NCBI GenBank assembly: GCA_964035545.1 | Contig: OZ037765.1 | Span: forward strand, 22,195,504-22,259,503 | Source of the DNA: Bugula neritina | Taxonomy: Eukaryota > Animalia > Bryozoa | Reading direction: 5' to 3' | Length of the DNA: 64,000 nucleotides | Shown: piece after piece, positions 29,142-43,386 of the stretch | Layout: every line of letters begins with the position of its first letter | Position numbering within the stretch: position 1 is the first letter of the stretch | The notes under the pieces: model-generated | The model's input: the letters and a program-made list of their open reading frames with translations, nothing else | What the model was told of the DNA's origin: nothing | Databases searched by the model: none | Made by a program: the position numbers and the translations under genes

Positions 29142-30877
29142 TCATAATAACTTAAGGCTTCCTGTTACTTCATTTACTAGATTAACTGGTCCTGAAAATA
29201 TACATACACTTTGATGACGAATACTTGGCTACATGTAAAATAATTCACATACAAGCATTCAAAATAAACTATACCAATCAAGTTGTCAAGGGAGCTCTTT
29301 TCATACTTTAACCAAATATAGTATGAATTATACACATTTATCTACTTTTAGCTAATTAGAATATTGTTTGTTTTACAAAAAAGTGTGTGTGTAAATGGAA
29401 AAAAATCGAATAACTTTTATTTACAAAAACAACAATGATCATGGTTAGATAAGAAAGGTGTAATTAGTGATCATTGTGGTAAATTTATCGATAGTACAAC
29501 ATAGTCAAGAGAGTTGACGGTAAGAAAATTTACCTGGTCCAACAGCTAGTGCAGTTAGTGAGCCTGGAGCAATCTGTGTTCTCCCGGCATCACGTATTAT
29601 TTGACTAGGTAAACCAAGTTCATTGGCATGCTTTGCTAATTGTACTCTGCAACATAATAATTAGTTATCTTATAACTCTCATATATTCCTCCAACACGAA
29701 TGTCGTGACGCATTACAAAACATATATACTCAAACTATTCTAAGGTAACTTTAAGATTAGCCCTCAAAATCATCCAAAGTATACATAAGTATAATGTTTG
29801 CAGTTCCATGAAGTGAAATATTGGCAAACAGTACATATGATCTACTCACAGAGTCTCTTCATTCTCTACCTTAGTTACTATCTTTGGCTGTCCACACCAC
29901 TCCCATTTTCTTAACAGCTCTGGATCCTTCCTGGTCAGTCTCTTAACACTTCCACAAGCAGCATGGCAGGACTATTATCAAAAATATGAAAACTACAGAT
30001 AAAACTTTCCATAATCACTAACAAAAATGTTAAATTTAAAATTCCATTTTATTAGTGGTATTGAATGCATAAACCAATTGCTTGTAAAAAGTTCAAAGGT
30101 TTTAGTAAAGTTATTTAGTTTAATTTAATTCATGTAGTACTTACTAACAGAGATATGTATATAATAAAAAGTAATGCAATAACAATACCTATTTAGAATG
30201 CAGATAACACAATCTGAAAGCTTGATATATTTATGTAATATTAAAATGAAAATAGGCGAGTCCGAAGAAAAACTAACACTGAAAAGTGAGAAGATAATAT
30301 TGGGGCAGAGTTTCTCTAAATGATATTTCTCAAGTACTGTTTTGAAAAACAAATAGCCTATTGTCATTCTTCTGGGATTACCAATCACCTTAAAGATATT
30401 GAGCCAAACGATTCACAACAAACTAAGTAAATTTACTACCTCACAACTATGAATTTTCTTAACAAACTCAAATGTAGCAAGTTTTTGAACATTAAGACAT
30501 TAAACCAACCTGTGCGGCGATTTTCCCTTTACCCATTTTCAGATCATTTCTTATGACTACCACCATTTTATATTCACCGTCATTAGAAAAGTGAAAATCC
30601 TAAAATTGGAAAGATTTGAGAAACTTGAATACAAACTAAAACAACTACAGATAACAAAAATAAAAAAATAACTCTTTTAGTTTACTAATTCTAAATAGAA
30701 AATTGAAAAAACAGAATTTACCTCCTCATCTTCTTCACTGCTGTCTGAAGCAATGCTGACTACTCGAGATCTATTCCCTAAACTTGTGACTGAAGTACGC
30801 ACAAGACTTCGAAGGAAATAGCCTAGTATGATGCCCGCCCCAGCTGATGCAACAATGGTAGTCAATGATGAAGCCAT
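29142..30877 (-). CDS. PTRH2: Peptidyl-tRNA hydrolase 2 (mitochondrial PTH2/Bit1 family); 5 coding exons, ~176 aa
   Basis: Exons (minus) 30877-30722, 30599-30510, 29971-29850, 29646-29534, 29191-29142 (531 nt). N-terminal hydrophobic anchor, [68 protein letters not shown]. Confidence 0.96.
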
Positions 30878-31559
30878 GAAACTACAAAGCAACATATACA
30901 GTGAGTTAAGATGTTAAATATAAAAATTAAAACATTTATAACACAAATTAGAGAAGTTTTATTATGTGGCTTTTAAGAGCAAAACCAATGCTAAATTTTT
31001 TCCTTTAAACAAATAATGTAACTAAATTGATGTTACTGGCTGAAGAAAGAGCAAAATTCAAAATCACAAGCCTCAATTTTCTTGCAACCAAATATTGCAT
31101 CTGGAATCATCTTTTATTTGATAAATATTTAAAGGAGAAAGAGCATAATCTTACATTGACAGACCAGAAAATATAATTAACCTTTAAACTACACAATACT
31201 GCATGTTACACTCTACAATGACATTGCACTTTTTATTACAGAATTTACAAATTTTTATTAAAACACATCAACATGAACATGTGCAAGCAAGAACAGTAAT
31301 AAACTGCCTCTTCTTTTTCAGTGAATACAGATTTCCACATTACAAACCAGTTCAACTGCTTTTTATTGTTTCAAAGACTTAACATTTGTCTGATTATCAA
31401 GCTTTGCTTCAAGTTAAAGCTCCACATCACATTCACTAGAAAAGGCTTTCAGTCTCAAAAATGACAATGAGTTGTAAATTAACTTCAAGTTATAAGACTA
31501 AGAGTAAGAGAAGTGCCTAAAACTAGCTGTTAATGTTAAACTACAAGTAAATGTTTTTC

Positions 31560-32110
31560 ATCAGTATCCCTATTAGTATTAGTATTAGTTATTTACTTTT
31601 AGTATTAGTAGTAGTATTAATATATTGTCTACAGGATATTTAAATATTATTATTATAATTATAAATTGTTAATACTTAATAAATAATTTTTATTATAATT
31701 ATATCTATATCAATATGAACTAGGCTATGCGTATGCCTATTGGCTATTACTATTACTATTAGTATTACTGATTAGCGATTAGACCATTAATATTACTATT
31801 AGTATTAGTATTAGATTTAGTATTAGTATTACTATTTCTTAGTATGACTATGAGTATTACTATTAGTATTAGTATTACTATTAGTATTAGTAATACTATT
31901 AGTATTAGTATTAGTAATACTAATAGTAATACTGTATTAGCATTAATAATATTATATTTATTGAAGTTGAACTAAAACTGAGTTACAGTTACAATAATTT
32001 AAAATTATTATCAATAAATAATATATTTAAAACTATAACTATAAGTATAACTAGGGCTAGAGGCATAATAATAATAAAAATAATTATAAGTATAATAAAT
32101 AATAAGATAC
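31560..32110. repeat. Degenerate 6-bp-periodic tract (TATTAG/TATTAC/AGTATG), left flank of PTRH2/ANAPC7 divergent promoter region
   Basis: tattactattagtattagtattag...agtatgactatgagtattactattagtattagtattactattag. Confidence 0.85.
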
Positions 32111-32400
32111 TGGGACGGAACAGACAGACAACATTAATGTATGTCTAATAAACTTCTATTGGTCTAGGTCTTAGAACGTGCAAGGTGACCTTGACTAAGA
32201 AAACACTTCTTAAAATAATGCTGCTTGACTCACTAGTGCTGTAGTAACTTAAACGGGAATCTTGTAAGGACGCTCTTTGTTTAAAGACTCGTCCCCGTCA
32301 AATACAAATGCTCTTAATTTTGCGCTAACTTACGCCGAAATAAGTTTTCACCGTTCTACCAAATGCGATATGTCGACGGTGATGATCATGATGATGATCG
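32110..32400. promoter_or_regulatory. Putative bidirectional promoter / non-coding first exons of PTRH2 and ANAPC7
   Basis: Non-repetitive, CpG-richer core midway between head-to-head genes, each of which has a splice acceptor just before its ATG; candidate donors on both strands (gtaagg ~32264 plus; gtaagt ~32333 minus). Confidence 0.45.
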
Positions 32401-32619
32401 TTTTCATTTTGTCTTTATGATTATCACATTCATAATTATAGCTCACCTCGTAACTCACCTCGTTGATAGGAATATGATTGAGTATCAATATTTAGTTATA
32501 TGAATTTTATATATCATTAGATACACCTATTATAACTTGCACTAAATATGTTAATATTATTATTATTATATCAATCATGAAATTTAATTTTATCATGATC
32601 ATTCATCCATTATACTAAG

Positions 32620-32633
32620 TCTAGTTACTAATG

Positions 32634-32671
<38 letters not shown>

Positions 32672-33030
32672 CTACTACTGCTACTAACTACCACCACCAC
32701 CACCGCTAGTATGTAGTTGTACCCATGAGACAAACTGAGTGATGAGACTGAGTATAAATTCACTATAAATTTGAATTTAATATTATAATTATTAAAATAA
32801 AAATATAACATTGAGTGTAACTGTAAGATTAAGTAGTAGAACTATTACTATAAGTTAAAGTATAAGTATTGCTATTATCATTTGTCTTACTATTACTATT
32901 AGTATTACTATTAGCAATACTAATACTAAATCCTATAGTAAATATGAAAACATTTTTTCACTCACTTTCAGCTGCACAGCAGCATATAATGATATATTCG
33001 TAATGATAATCATAATGTTAATTATAATAG
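32620..33030. repeat. Compound (CTA)/(CTG)/(CCA) microsatellite followed by a degenerate 6-bp-periodic tract
   Basis: ctactactactgctgctgctgctg...ccaccaccaccacc, then actattactataagttaaagtataagtattgctatt...actattactattagtattactattagcaatactaatact. Confidence 0.85.
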
Positions 33031-33274
33031 CGGGTTGAACCTTTTTGATATTCTGTTGAATGGTTTATGAAATATATGCATTAAAAGCCAGTTATCTGTC
33101 CTACTTGTGAGGTGGATACACTTGCAAAAATGCATCAGATTTTTTGAAAATAAATACAATTTTTAATAAGCCATACTAAAATATATTTTCTTTTATCATA
33201 TGGCCTGGTTTTTAATCAGTGACAATAATGTATTTCTTTACAGCATTCTCATCACTGCTTGTCTTGCTGTCAAA

Positions 33275-36200
33275 ATGGCAAAGGTTTATGAAGAAATAAA
33301 GAAACTACATACTGAACATTTATTTGATGATTTAAAAATTGTGGTAAGCATTCTTACTTGTCGAAATATTCAGAATTTGAACTTTTAGTGTATTTTGGTC
33401 TACAATAAGCAGTAATGGATTTTTTTTATTAATTTTACTATCTTTAATAATGCTTCACTAGACTATGGAACAAGCACAATGGTATAACGCTTTCAACTAT
33501 AAAATAGTTAATGTGGTGGGATATATTGACATGTAAATGGCTTATGTGGTTCTTGTGTTGTAACAATGAATGAATAATCACTTGTTGCTGTATCTGTGAT
33601 AATTTGTATTATAAACTTTACTTGTAGATTAGTTTGGCTTTATCTCGCCATGCCAATGTGTCTTTAAGTGATAGTGGATGTAACGTCATGTCTTTTACTC
33701 CGTATCATATATACCAGTTACACGTGTATTACGCAGACTCCTGGTATGAGAGTCAGGATTATACGAGAGCTGAGGTACTCATATATTTCTAAATATCAGC
33801 TAAAAGATGTTATTTTTTTTTAATTATTAAGTTCTGTTGTCAGGAAAAATAAGGAAATTATGCAATATTTTATATAATTTTTCTGATGATTAAACTAAAC
33901 AGTTCTGAATATTGGAAACAGATTAAAAAGTATTTAAAGAATGTTTCTAATATATAAGCATTTCATATTAGAAATGTATTGTATGGCATTTTACTCAAAG
34001 TGTTTCAGGTATGATAGATTTTATAGCGTTTTTCTACACTGTTTCTGTAATAATTAAAACTCCAACTGGTTTGTACCAACTTCATAAGAGTATAAATTTG
34101 CTTCTTTATATAAATATTTTTGCTCAATAATTTCTCTCTTAACATATAACTTTTCAAGAATTATTAGGTAGTGTTGGTAAGTTTTGTTCTACGGACAAAT
34201 TCTGCCAAGTGTTCTGAAACAAAGCCAGAAAATGGTGTTGCATTCTGTGTGACTCACTGTTTATCAACTAGTAGCTACTTCACACCATTAGGTTATGCCT
34301 TGAAACGATTGACTTGGCTGATGAGTAGTAACATCTGTGTTCATTACTTGACATGAGTAGAAAAATATGGTTCAACTCTGGTGGTAAATAGTGTTGGTAA
34401 CACTCAAAGCTATAAAGTCAGTTTGCAAATATGGCACTTGAGGATTCTGTGTTCTCATGAATCATAATATTGTACTTTTTATTGCATATTATTTTTTTTT
34501 AGAGACATTATAAAGACGCTCTAGGACTAAAGCGTGCTTTTAGACGTCCCAGTGAACCTTCCGACAAGCTGACAAACTTAGTATGTGTTTCTGCTATTAG
34601 ATTAGCATAATGTGTAATTGTTCATTTAGGCTTCTAATGTTGTTGCAAACCAATTATTTTTTGTAGGAGTTAACAAGTGAAGCGACAGTGCGGTATAAAT
34701 TGTATAAAATTTATTCAAAACTCAAACAACCAAAGTCAGCGATATCAGTGGTAAGTAAACTATTTCCCATGTAAACCAGTCTTTATTATTGCAATAATAT
34801 TTGTTATTGTCTCTCAACAGATTAATGAGTTTTATGTTAGGCATGTTGTGAACGAGTTATCATGAATATAGCACCTGCGTTTTGCTATGTAAAATATTGA
34901 TCAGTTTTGAAGTCTTGTTGCCCATTCAGTACACATTTGTGATTGAAAAGATTAAGCTATCACTTTTTAAATTTCGTAGTGTTGCCGCTTTTTTCAAAGT
35001 ATGTTTAAATATTTAAAAATTTGAAATGATGTGCTGCTATAAGTAAAACTTTGCTTATATGAGTTGATATTTTTAAATAGATTGAACAAAACATAAGTAT
35101 ATCAACAATAAATTGCATTTGATAGGATTGGATTTAACATTGGTTTTCAGTGTACTTCTTCATAGCTGTCAATAAGCAGATAGTTAAGAGGTGTTTATTG
35201 TGTGAGATTTGAGAGTAAATCTCAAGTTGTACCCCAAAACACGTCGATGTCGTTTTATAAAGCAAAAAAATTGAATTCTTCTATCTTTTTGTAGAATTAA
35301 TTTTAGCTCCAAAATAGCTAATTTAAAGATACGGTTAGATTTATTTCTTGTTAATGATGATGCATAATAAACTGTAGTTACATTATGTCCTTTCTAGCTG
35401 GAAGCTTTATCAACTAAAGAGAGAACGCCTGGTATAAACATGGCACTTGGTGATCTGTACAGGGAGGAGGGTATGGACAGGTCGGCTATTACTTCATACA
35501 AGGAAGTTCTCAGGTAATCTGTCTGACACATATGTATCTATGATAATACACATGACTAGTATGTATACTTTATGCTTCTTTAGTATCAAGTCTACATTTA
35601 TCTGATATAATCATTAGTAATTGTGCACCCTTGATATTTTCATAACTGTTACCATTCTATTAAAAAAAGATAGCTTTTTCTATCTTTTGAGCGTTTTTTG
35701 TTTAAAAATCATGAACTTAAGACATTAAATTATGTGTTGTAATTTGTATTTTGCCTTTTTCCTTCTATATAGGTGCTATTAAAATGTGATATAAAACTAA
35801 TAGCACTCATCTATGTACAAATTATGTAGTTACATACTGGTATTTGATATTTTAGGTGTTGTCCTCTCTCCGTTGAAGCTGCCAGAAACCTGATGAAATT
35901 AGGAGTGCAAAGATTGAACATAGCGACGTTGATGTTGAATACATTGCAGTCTATAAATGATGAAGATTGGTAGGATAACTCTTTCAGTATACTTTATTTT
36001 TCAAATTTTGTTAATTTTCCTGCATAAAATCTTCTGCTACTTCCTAGAGTAGCATATACGGCATAATTTAAAGTATAATATTTCAAAATAATCTCAATAA
36101 CAAGTTAATTGTGTTTTAGTTTCGCTCAGTATTTCGTGTTACCAATCACTCTCGACGATATTATCTATGAAACGATACACTAAAACGCTACATTTCTTCT

Positions 36201-39200
36201 TAATGCTTTCAGGCTGATTGGCTGGATTAATATTCAGCAACAAATAAATGATAGTGATTGGATGTCTGCACTTGGAAAAATACGAAGCTTCGAGAAAGTA
36301 AGTATATTTGGTAAAAGTCAAATGTTAGTGTGGAGTAAGGTGAGATAACTTCAACATTGTGCAATATCACTGAAATTACATTCTGCAATTACCCTTGAAA
36401 AAGTTTTCTATAGAACTTGGGAGTTGTTGTTTCATGCATATTCCTATCATTAGATCACAACTTTGGTACTCGTGCAGGTACTTTAGTTGGTTTATGTATT
36501 TCTTCTTGTTTCTATTTAAAACCTAAATAGTATCTTGTATTTGATATTAATGTAGATTTGTCCAAGAAATGTTGATGTTTGGAATACTCAAGCTGATGTA
36601 CATTATATGTACGGACAGTATCCTCAAGCTAAACTACGTTGGCAACAGGTGCGCTCCATTTATCTATGTTCTTATCAGATATTCCACTGTGTATTCTTTA
36701 TTTGGAGTTGTTACATTATGGCCAAATATTAAATGAATCCTTGTCAGTTTTATTATTTACTGCTAGTCTGCTAAAGTTTTAAGTTAGTCACAGTGTGTTG
36801 TTTTCTTATTTTATGCACAGCTGTTTGATGGTCACCCATTAGTTATTAAGAATACAGACAAACTAGCTTATCTTTTACTAAAAGATAAAGACCAGGTTGC
36901 CCTATCCAGGTAGGAATACACCTAGTATTGTCTCAGTACATTCTAGAACTTTGCATAGAAAATAAGTTGCCTCGAAATTGTAGGCGTGAAGAAATTTGAT
37001 TTTAAAATTATCTAAATAGCGAAATAAAAAAATAAATAAAAAAATTGTGACTTGTAGAATTTATTTTTGTGTGGCTGTATTCACACGCTTTTATTTAATA
37101 TAACTTTATTTTATTGAAGTCACAAAAGTATATAATATTTTTTGTACTATTACATAATACAAGCTTGTGTTGGGTAGAGCTGCCAGTGTAGGGTAACAAT
37201 CTCACGTGGTTATTCATGTGACTGCAAGAGAAAAACTGCAAGTTTGTCATTCTCGCAGTTCAAACATGAGAGCTAAACTAAGGAAAGACAACCCTTCCAA
37301 CTTGAGACAAACAAATAATGGTCTAAAATGTGTAAAACTGGTTTAAAGGAGAAAAAAATTAAATACTAGAAATAACTTTTCTACAAATACATTTTTCAAG
37401 CTCGCTCGAAAAGCTATAATGAGAAAATTTTTTGGAAATATAAATGTCAGAAAAGAGTGAACACAATTCTTGAAATTTTAATTTTCGTGTAGCTTCTAAA
37501 ATTTTTCTCCTTTGTTGCAACATAAATAAGTTTTATTTTACTTTATTAATATCAATTTAAAATTTTACTAATTTTCAGTTTATAAATAATAGAGGCTTTA
37601 GAATGGCAAATCCTACTCTATTGTGTTTAAAAATCATCACCAAGAGCTGATTTTAGTTCTGCTAATCAGTTTTTAATACTTTACTTTAATTAATGTTCAA
37701 TTAGTTTATTCCCTTGATTTACACTGCATGTCTGTGGTGTTTAAGTGATGCCTTAGAAGTGATTAATAACTGTAAGAGTTTTTTCTGTTAGTTTAACTAA
37801 AGATATAGAGTAGTCCATTACATGCGATGATGTTGTAGACTTTGTACACAGTTGGGAGATGTCAGCAGCGACATTCCTGAACCTTGGATAGCCAACAGCG
37901 CACATTGTATACTCACTAACAGAAATTCCGACGCTGTCAACTTGATAGATAAGGTCAGATTTTGTTACTAATTTTACTGAACCTTTTCAAATTTCCTAGA
38001 AAAGTCAAACACTACACTTGTTGAATACCTAAATCACAAACTTGTAATTGAAGCAAGCAATAAGTATTTAATTTTAATGTGGTTGAATGTGTGTGTTTTA
38101 TATGGCTTTAATATATTCATAGAAGGTAAACTTGGTTTTTTAAAGCAGGCTAAGGATTTTCTAATGCGGCACAGGAGCAATTATGACTGGGTGCCCTTAC
38201 TAAGCAACGGTGGTGTCGTGAAGAGCATCCAGGCATAATTGCCCCTGAGTCACAATAGAAAACAAGTCCTTAGCCTGCTTAAAAAGCCTTCCATCAGGGT
38301 TCTCACAGTGATAGTGGCTATAAAATCACGTGAGTAAGCAGGTAAACTTGCAGGTAACTGACTCTCTAGTTGACCTATGTTTAGACGAATATAACTCTAG
38401 GTAACTTGTGTAGGTAGATATAAAATTAGCTCTGTTGCAGGCCATAGCCATTGAACCTAAATCTTACACAGCAAGTATAATCAAGGGAATTGCGATGAAT
38501 ATAAAAGGTGCTCTAGCTGTCTCTAAAAAGTACTTTCGAGACGCCCTGCGGTACTGCCCTACTCGGCTGGATGCTTACCATGGTTGGTAAATCTGCAATC
38601 TCTCATGTTTTTTATGTTTTATCTGCTTATAGCCATCAGTATTCATATTATTAGTAACTATATGAGTTATTAAGTTAGGGTTAAACTGTTTAAAAATTAT
38701 TTCAAACTGCAAGAAATGTGCAATGAAATTTTTTTAAGTAAATAATTTATGACTCTACACAGTTGTTTGATAAAATAGTGAATTATTTGTTATCAATTGC
38801 TTTAGTTTGCATAGGGAATTCTCATTATTACCAAATCTTACAAATTATTTTATTTTCTATTTTTGAAATGACCAGCTAACATAGTTGACCACAAAACTTA
38901 GCCAAAAAAATAGCGGAAAATAAATAACCCCTAATTGCAAATCATTAAATTAAACTGAAAATCCTAGAATAACAAATAACCTGAAGAATGTAAACATTCA
39001 AATTTTTTAAGCAAGTGTGATTTAAGTTGATAAAATATAACACAAAATCAGTGCCAAATAAGTAGATGAAGTGGAACATGTAAACTTAAGAGTTTGGTAC
39101 AATTATTAATAATAAGGCAACTCCAAATTTTTTCTCAAAATTTTGGCTGAGTTGTGCAATAAATTGCATTTGTGTAAGTCAAATTACAAAGTACATGAAA

Positions 39201-42200
39201 TCTTATAGCGTAATTTTCACTTCACACATGAGTTTAGAAATATATTTGGAAGTTTTGAAAGTGCAAACTATTTTAAATTTCAGAGTCACTCAAGTCAGCT
39301 CTGAAAGGAGGTCATGTTAAAGACGCAATTGCTGTAGCGGATTTGGCTCTCAAGTATATAGGTCAGACCCCCAGCACTCTATATGTAAGTAGACACCAAT
39401 GAAGTGTAAGTTATATCAGTCTAACATCTAGCACTCTATAATATTTTGAGCTGCATGTGACAGATATTGATTTCCTAAAAGTCAATATGACTCATCCAAG
39501 TTTAGTGTGGGGAAATACAACTGCTGGAGTTCTATGCATTGGAAGTTTATGGAGATCACGCTGGAACATGCAGAAAGAGGCAGTCTTAAAAACACTAGCT
39601 TAGGTGGAAGGTCTTATGGTGACATTCTCAATATAAATTTTTTGAAAAGTAACTTGCATTAATATTTAACAAAGCCAACAGTTTTAAATATATTCGTAAA
39701 GCTTCAATCGCTTCTACATATATTCCACAGTTTTAAAGTTTTGTATCATATAGGCAATGGATTTGTCACCAAGTCCAGTCTATAATTTGTACAATATTTA
39801 AAACACTCCAATGTAGATTGGTTTTACGTAGAGCTGATCATTAAGACAACTAAAATCAATTCCTACAAGTAGTGGAAAGTAATTGCCGGTGCTTGTTTAT
39901 GATTGGTTTAGTAATTAGCTGTTTATTTATCATCAGATGTAAGTCAGAACCTTCATATTGTGTGATGTATATAAAGTATGTATATAAAGTATGTATGTAT
40001 GTGCAATGTCACTGTTTACGTCATAAGAGCTGCATGCTATTTTAAGTAATACATTGCGTATAATTGAATTAGTGGATTTATAAATTGCAATATTGGTTTC
40101 TACACTTTATTGAGGCATCCATATATAAAGCTACGTGACTTATATTTAAATAATAGAAATTATAGCAAAATATGATTCCCATATTTTAAAAGTAGTGCGG
40201 TATATGGATATGAAATAATATTCATAATTATTTATCTTTATACAATTTTGAAATATTATGTTTAATGTCTGCTTGTAGATGTATGGCAAAGCTCTTTCTC
40301 ACGGAGACCAAAAACAGAAATCTAAAGTAAGTTTAGTCGTATAAAACTACTGTACTTTACGTGATATTTCAAGATTACATTTCCTTGGGAAGCCTACATT
40401 TATACCAGAATAAAGTTAAAAATTGAGCTGCGTTTTATATGTTCCAATTGTTGTATTCTTAGGTTGTTGTGAGGTGATTAACATTGTTTCGTAATACTTA
40501 TTACAGGCCAAGGTATTCTTGGAAAAGTCTATACAAGCAGACTCTAGCTTCGTATACCCAGTGTACACTCTAGTAGGTCTCATTAGCAAGCAAGAGAAGC
40601 ACCGTAAAGCCATTCACATGTAAGTGGAGCTTCGAACATGTAACTGTAATAACCAAATCAATGAGGCTGAGGTACTGGAAATGTGAATGCTTTGTGCTGT
40701 TTTATAATTGTGTAATTTTGAATCGATGATACAGATTAACTGTAATATCAGGTTAGGAAAAAACGTGTTCAGCTGAATAGTTCAAATAGCCATGATGATA
40801 GTTTTCTAAGTTATAAGATGAATTTTAAGGTTCAATAAAAACAGATGGGCTAAGCAAACCACGGTACTGGGTTATAGAAGCGCCAAATCTATGGAAAGCA
40901 TTTACAAAACCTCGATACTAGACTTTGATTGAATAGAAATCTCTTATTGAATTTCAGTTTGTTGTGTTGTGTTGGCATGCCATTGGTTGATGTCCTATGA
41001 CCGTGACAGCTGCCCATATCAGCAGATATTTGTGTGATGCAGTATTTGAAAGTTCAGTTTTCTTAAGCAGAAATTCAATGGGCTGTAATACCAGGAAAAA
41101 CAGTTTAGTTTTACAATGTATTTTTAGGACTATAACCTGATAATATAATAATCTTTTACTATTCCTTGCTTATGTGTATACTTTGTGTTCCCACCTGTCT
41201 ACTCATCAACCTGGGTGGGCAGTTGATATAGAAGGCAGTTTACTCTGTTTACAGTTTGCTTTCAGTCTGTGGCAGAGATTTATTTTTTTTACAGACTAGA
41301 ATCTTGTCTGAAAGATAACAGCACATCTAAGCTGCATCAGCTGCTTGGAAATTCACTTCTTGAAGTTGGCGAAAGAGCAAGGGCCATGCACCATTATAAT
41401 ATTGCATTAAAGTGAGTTCCATATAAGTATATATCCACATTAGTTTACTAAGTCAATATTGTCTATTTTGAAAATGGCAATAAAACTGTGTAGTGAGTCC
41501 CCTTTTGTCCTTATTTAGAATGATTAATATTTAATTCACTTTTTCAGCATTGTGTATTCAATGAACTGGCAAAATATTGAATAATTATGATTCAGTTTAT
41601 ACAATTCTCACATTTCATATTATTCAGCAGAAGATGATAAACAAAACAGTGTCATGTATTATGAGAAATTGAAATGTTTTTATTAACTCAGGCACGTACC
41701 TTGTACATGACATGTTTATTTTTTACCAATGTGTCATTATTTCTGAATTTCTAACAAACTAACTCAACTTAAATGTATTCAATATGCGTTACAACTTTTA
41801 TTGAAAGCTTATTTTAAACAAAAGTTATTGGTAGCATCAATTTGAGTAAACGTATATTTTTGCACTTATAATTATATTGATATATTAGTCCATTATTTTA
41901 AACCATGTTTGATGTACTTATTTCTATCTAAAGTAAAAGTGTGATAGCTTATTTTTGTTATTTCACAAAAATTATCTGTAATTTTTCTATAAAACTGTTC
42001 AAACAAACATGTGTGCAATACTATATTATATTCAACGTGCGGCAACTATTTGTAGCTTGGACCCTAGCAACAAGAAGGCTAAGGAGGGCTTAGAACAAAC
42101 TGAAAAAAAGATGGATGGGAACTCATTGGACGAGAGTTTTATAGCGCAAAGCTTAGATCAGAGTGTAGAGGTTAGTTATGGTCAGTAATTATGATTATAA

Positions 42201-43386
42201 TGAAGGAAATATAATTATTATATAAATTAAATTTATTTGATATTGTTTTAATATTTGTTTATTTTTGTTATTGTTTTCATTTTGTTTTTTGAATGAATAA
42301 AAGAAGATTTTGGAGAATATCTGCATCTGTTATTTACTCATATATACTGTAGTTAGTGATGTTGTAATAGCTATTATTACAAGTCAGCCCACTGAAAGCT
42401 TTTTAAAGTTTACTGTGTCCCAATATTTATACAGCTAAAAAGTTTAACATTGTATAAACTTTGTTTATATAACAATCATATGTGTGAAATGGATCTACAC
42501 GCAGTTTATGTAATTGTATTCCATACGAATATTGATTTCAAAAACAGCACCAGCTGAGAGTCGAATGTATTAACAAATAAATGTATCTACTTCAATATTT
42601 GTTTACATGCCTTTAAAGAACTATTTTTACAGTTACATATTACACTCTTGATACTCACATATTTAATGCCTCTGTCAACTTTGAACATGATTCAGCTTAC
42701 GTATATATGACAACTGTGTACTCAACAATTTCAACTGATAATCTGTAATATTTTCTACACTTATTTTAAACTCTTGACATGCAACAAAGCTAACAAATTA
42801 GATTTTTGTTTTTCTTTTCCAATTGAGAAAGTTTATAAAAATGTTGTGTAGACTTGGTGTGTCGAAGAAACAATTATTCAATCAATATTTTCTCTACTAT
42901 TTTGCTAATTGAGAATACAAACCCTGGTCCTACTGATGAGTTTGATTATTTAAATTTTCAACATTTTCTTACTTGAATTCTGGTGTAAGTGGCAAGAATG
43001 TAGCTTTTTATTATAAGTTTGTTATTAAAACATTAAACTTCTTACCATTTGCGCTGTATAAAGTAGTATCTAGCATTTGGTATATTGATACCAGAGCAGT
43101 AGATGATACTATTTATATAGCACTGCTTATATAATACAAGGAGCACATAATTGTAAGATTTACAGGCAATATTTTTTTAGCTCCACTCAAATCTAACAAA
43201 TATTGTTACATAATAATGTTTCATTTTGGAAAAAATATTCCTCAGCATCTTTTTATGATGTACATGTGGTTGATACATGTTTCCCCTACCGATGCTGCTG
43301 TTATGGTGGTCGTATTTGTCCAACAGGTCGAGTTGAATGATGGTTTCGATGCCCTGTCATGGTCTGATCCTGAGGTGGGAATCTAG
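33275..43386 (+). CDS. ANAPC7: Anaphase-promoting complex subunit 7 (TPR protein); 17 coding exons, ~561 aa
   Basis: Exons 33275-33343, 33628-33774, 34503-34580, 34667-34750, 35398-35513, 35856-35969, 36213-36297, 36556-36648, 36821-36909, 37839-37953, 38441-38582, 39284-39384, 40279-40326, 40507-40619, 41295-41411, 42056-42170, 43327-43386 (1686 nt, in frame). Colinear with APC7 motifs YQLHVYYADS, ERTPGINMALGDLY, AITSYKEVLRCCPL, DWLIGWI, EPWIA, CPTRLDAY, LHQLLG, YNIALNLDP. Confidence 0.9.
38134..38288. repeat. ~155-bp imperfect inverted repeat (hairpin/MITE-like) in ANAPC7 intron
   Basis: ttttaaagcaggctaaggat...caggagcaattatgactgggtgc pairs with gcatccaggcataattgcccctg...gtccttagcctgcttaaaaa; ~17-nt loop. 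Confidence 0.85.

Noticed and set aside
32599-32811. 70-aa poly-Val/poly-Ser ORF
   Set aside because: Translation of trinucleotide microsatellites.
34169-34400. 12-bp direct repeat TAGTGTTGGTAA enclosing 208 bp
   Set aside because: No TIR, poly(A) tail or tRNA-like head inside; cannot call an insertion.
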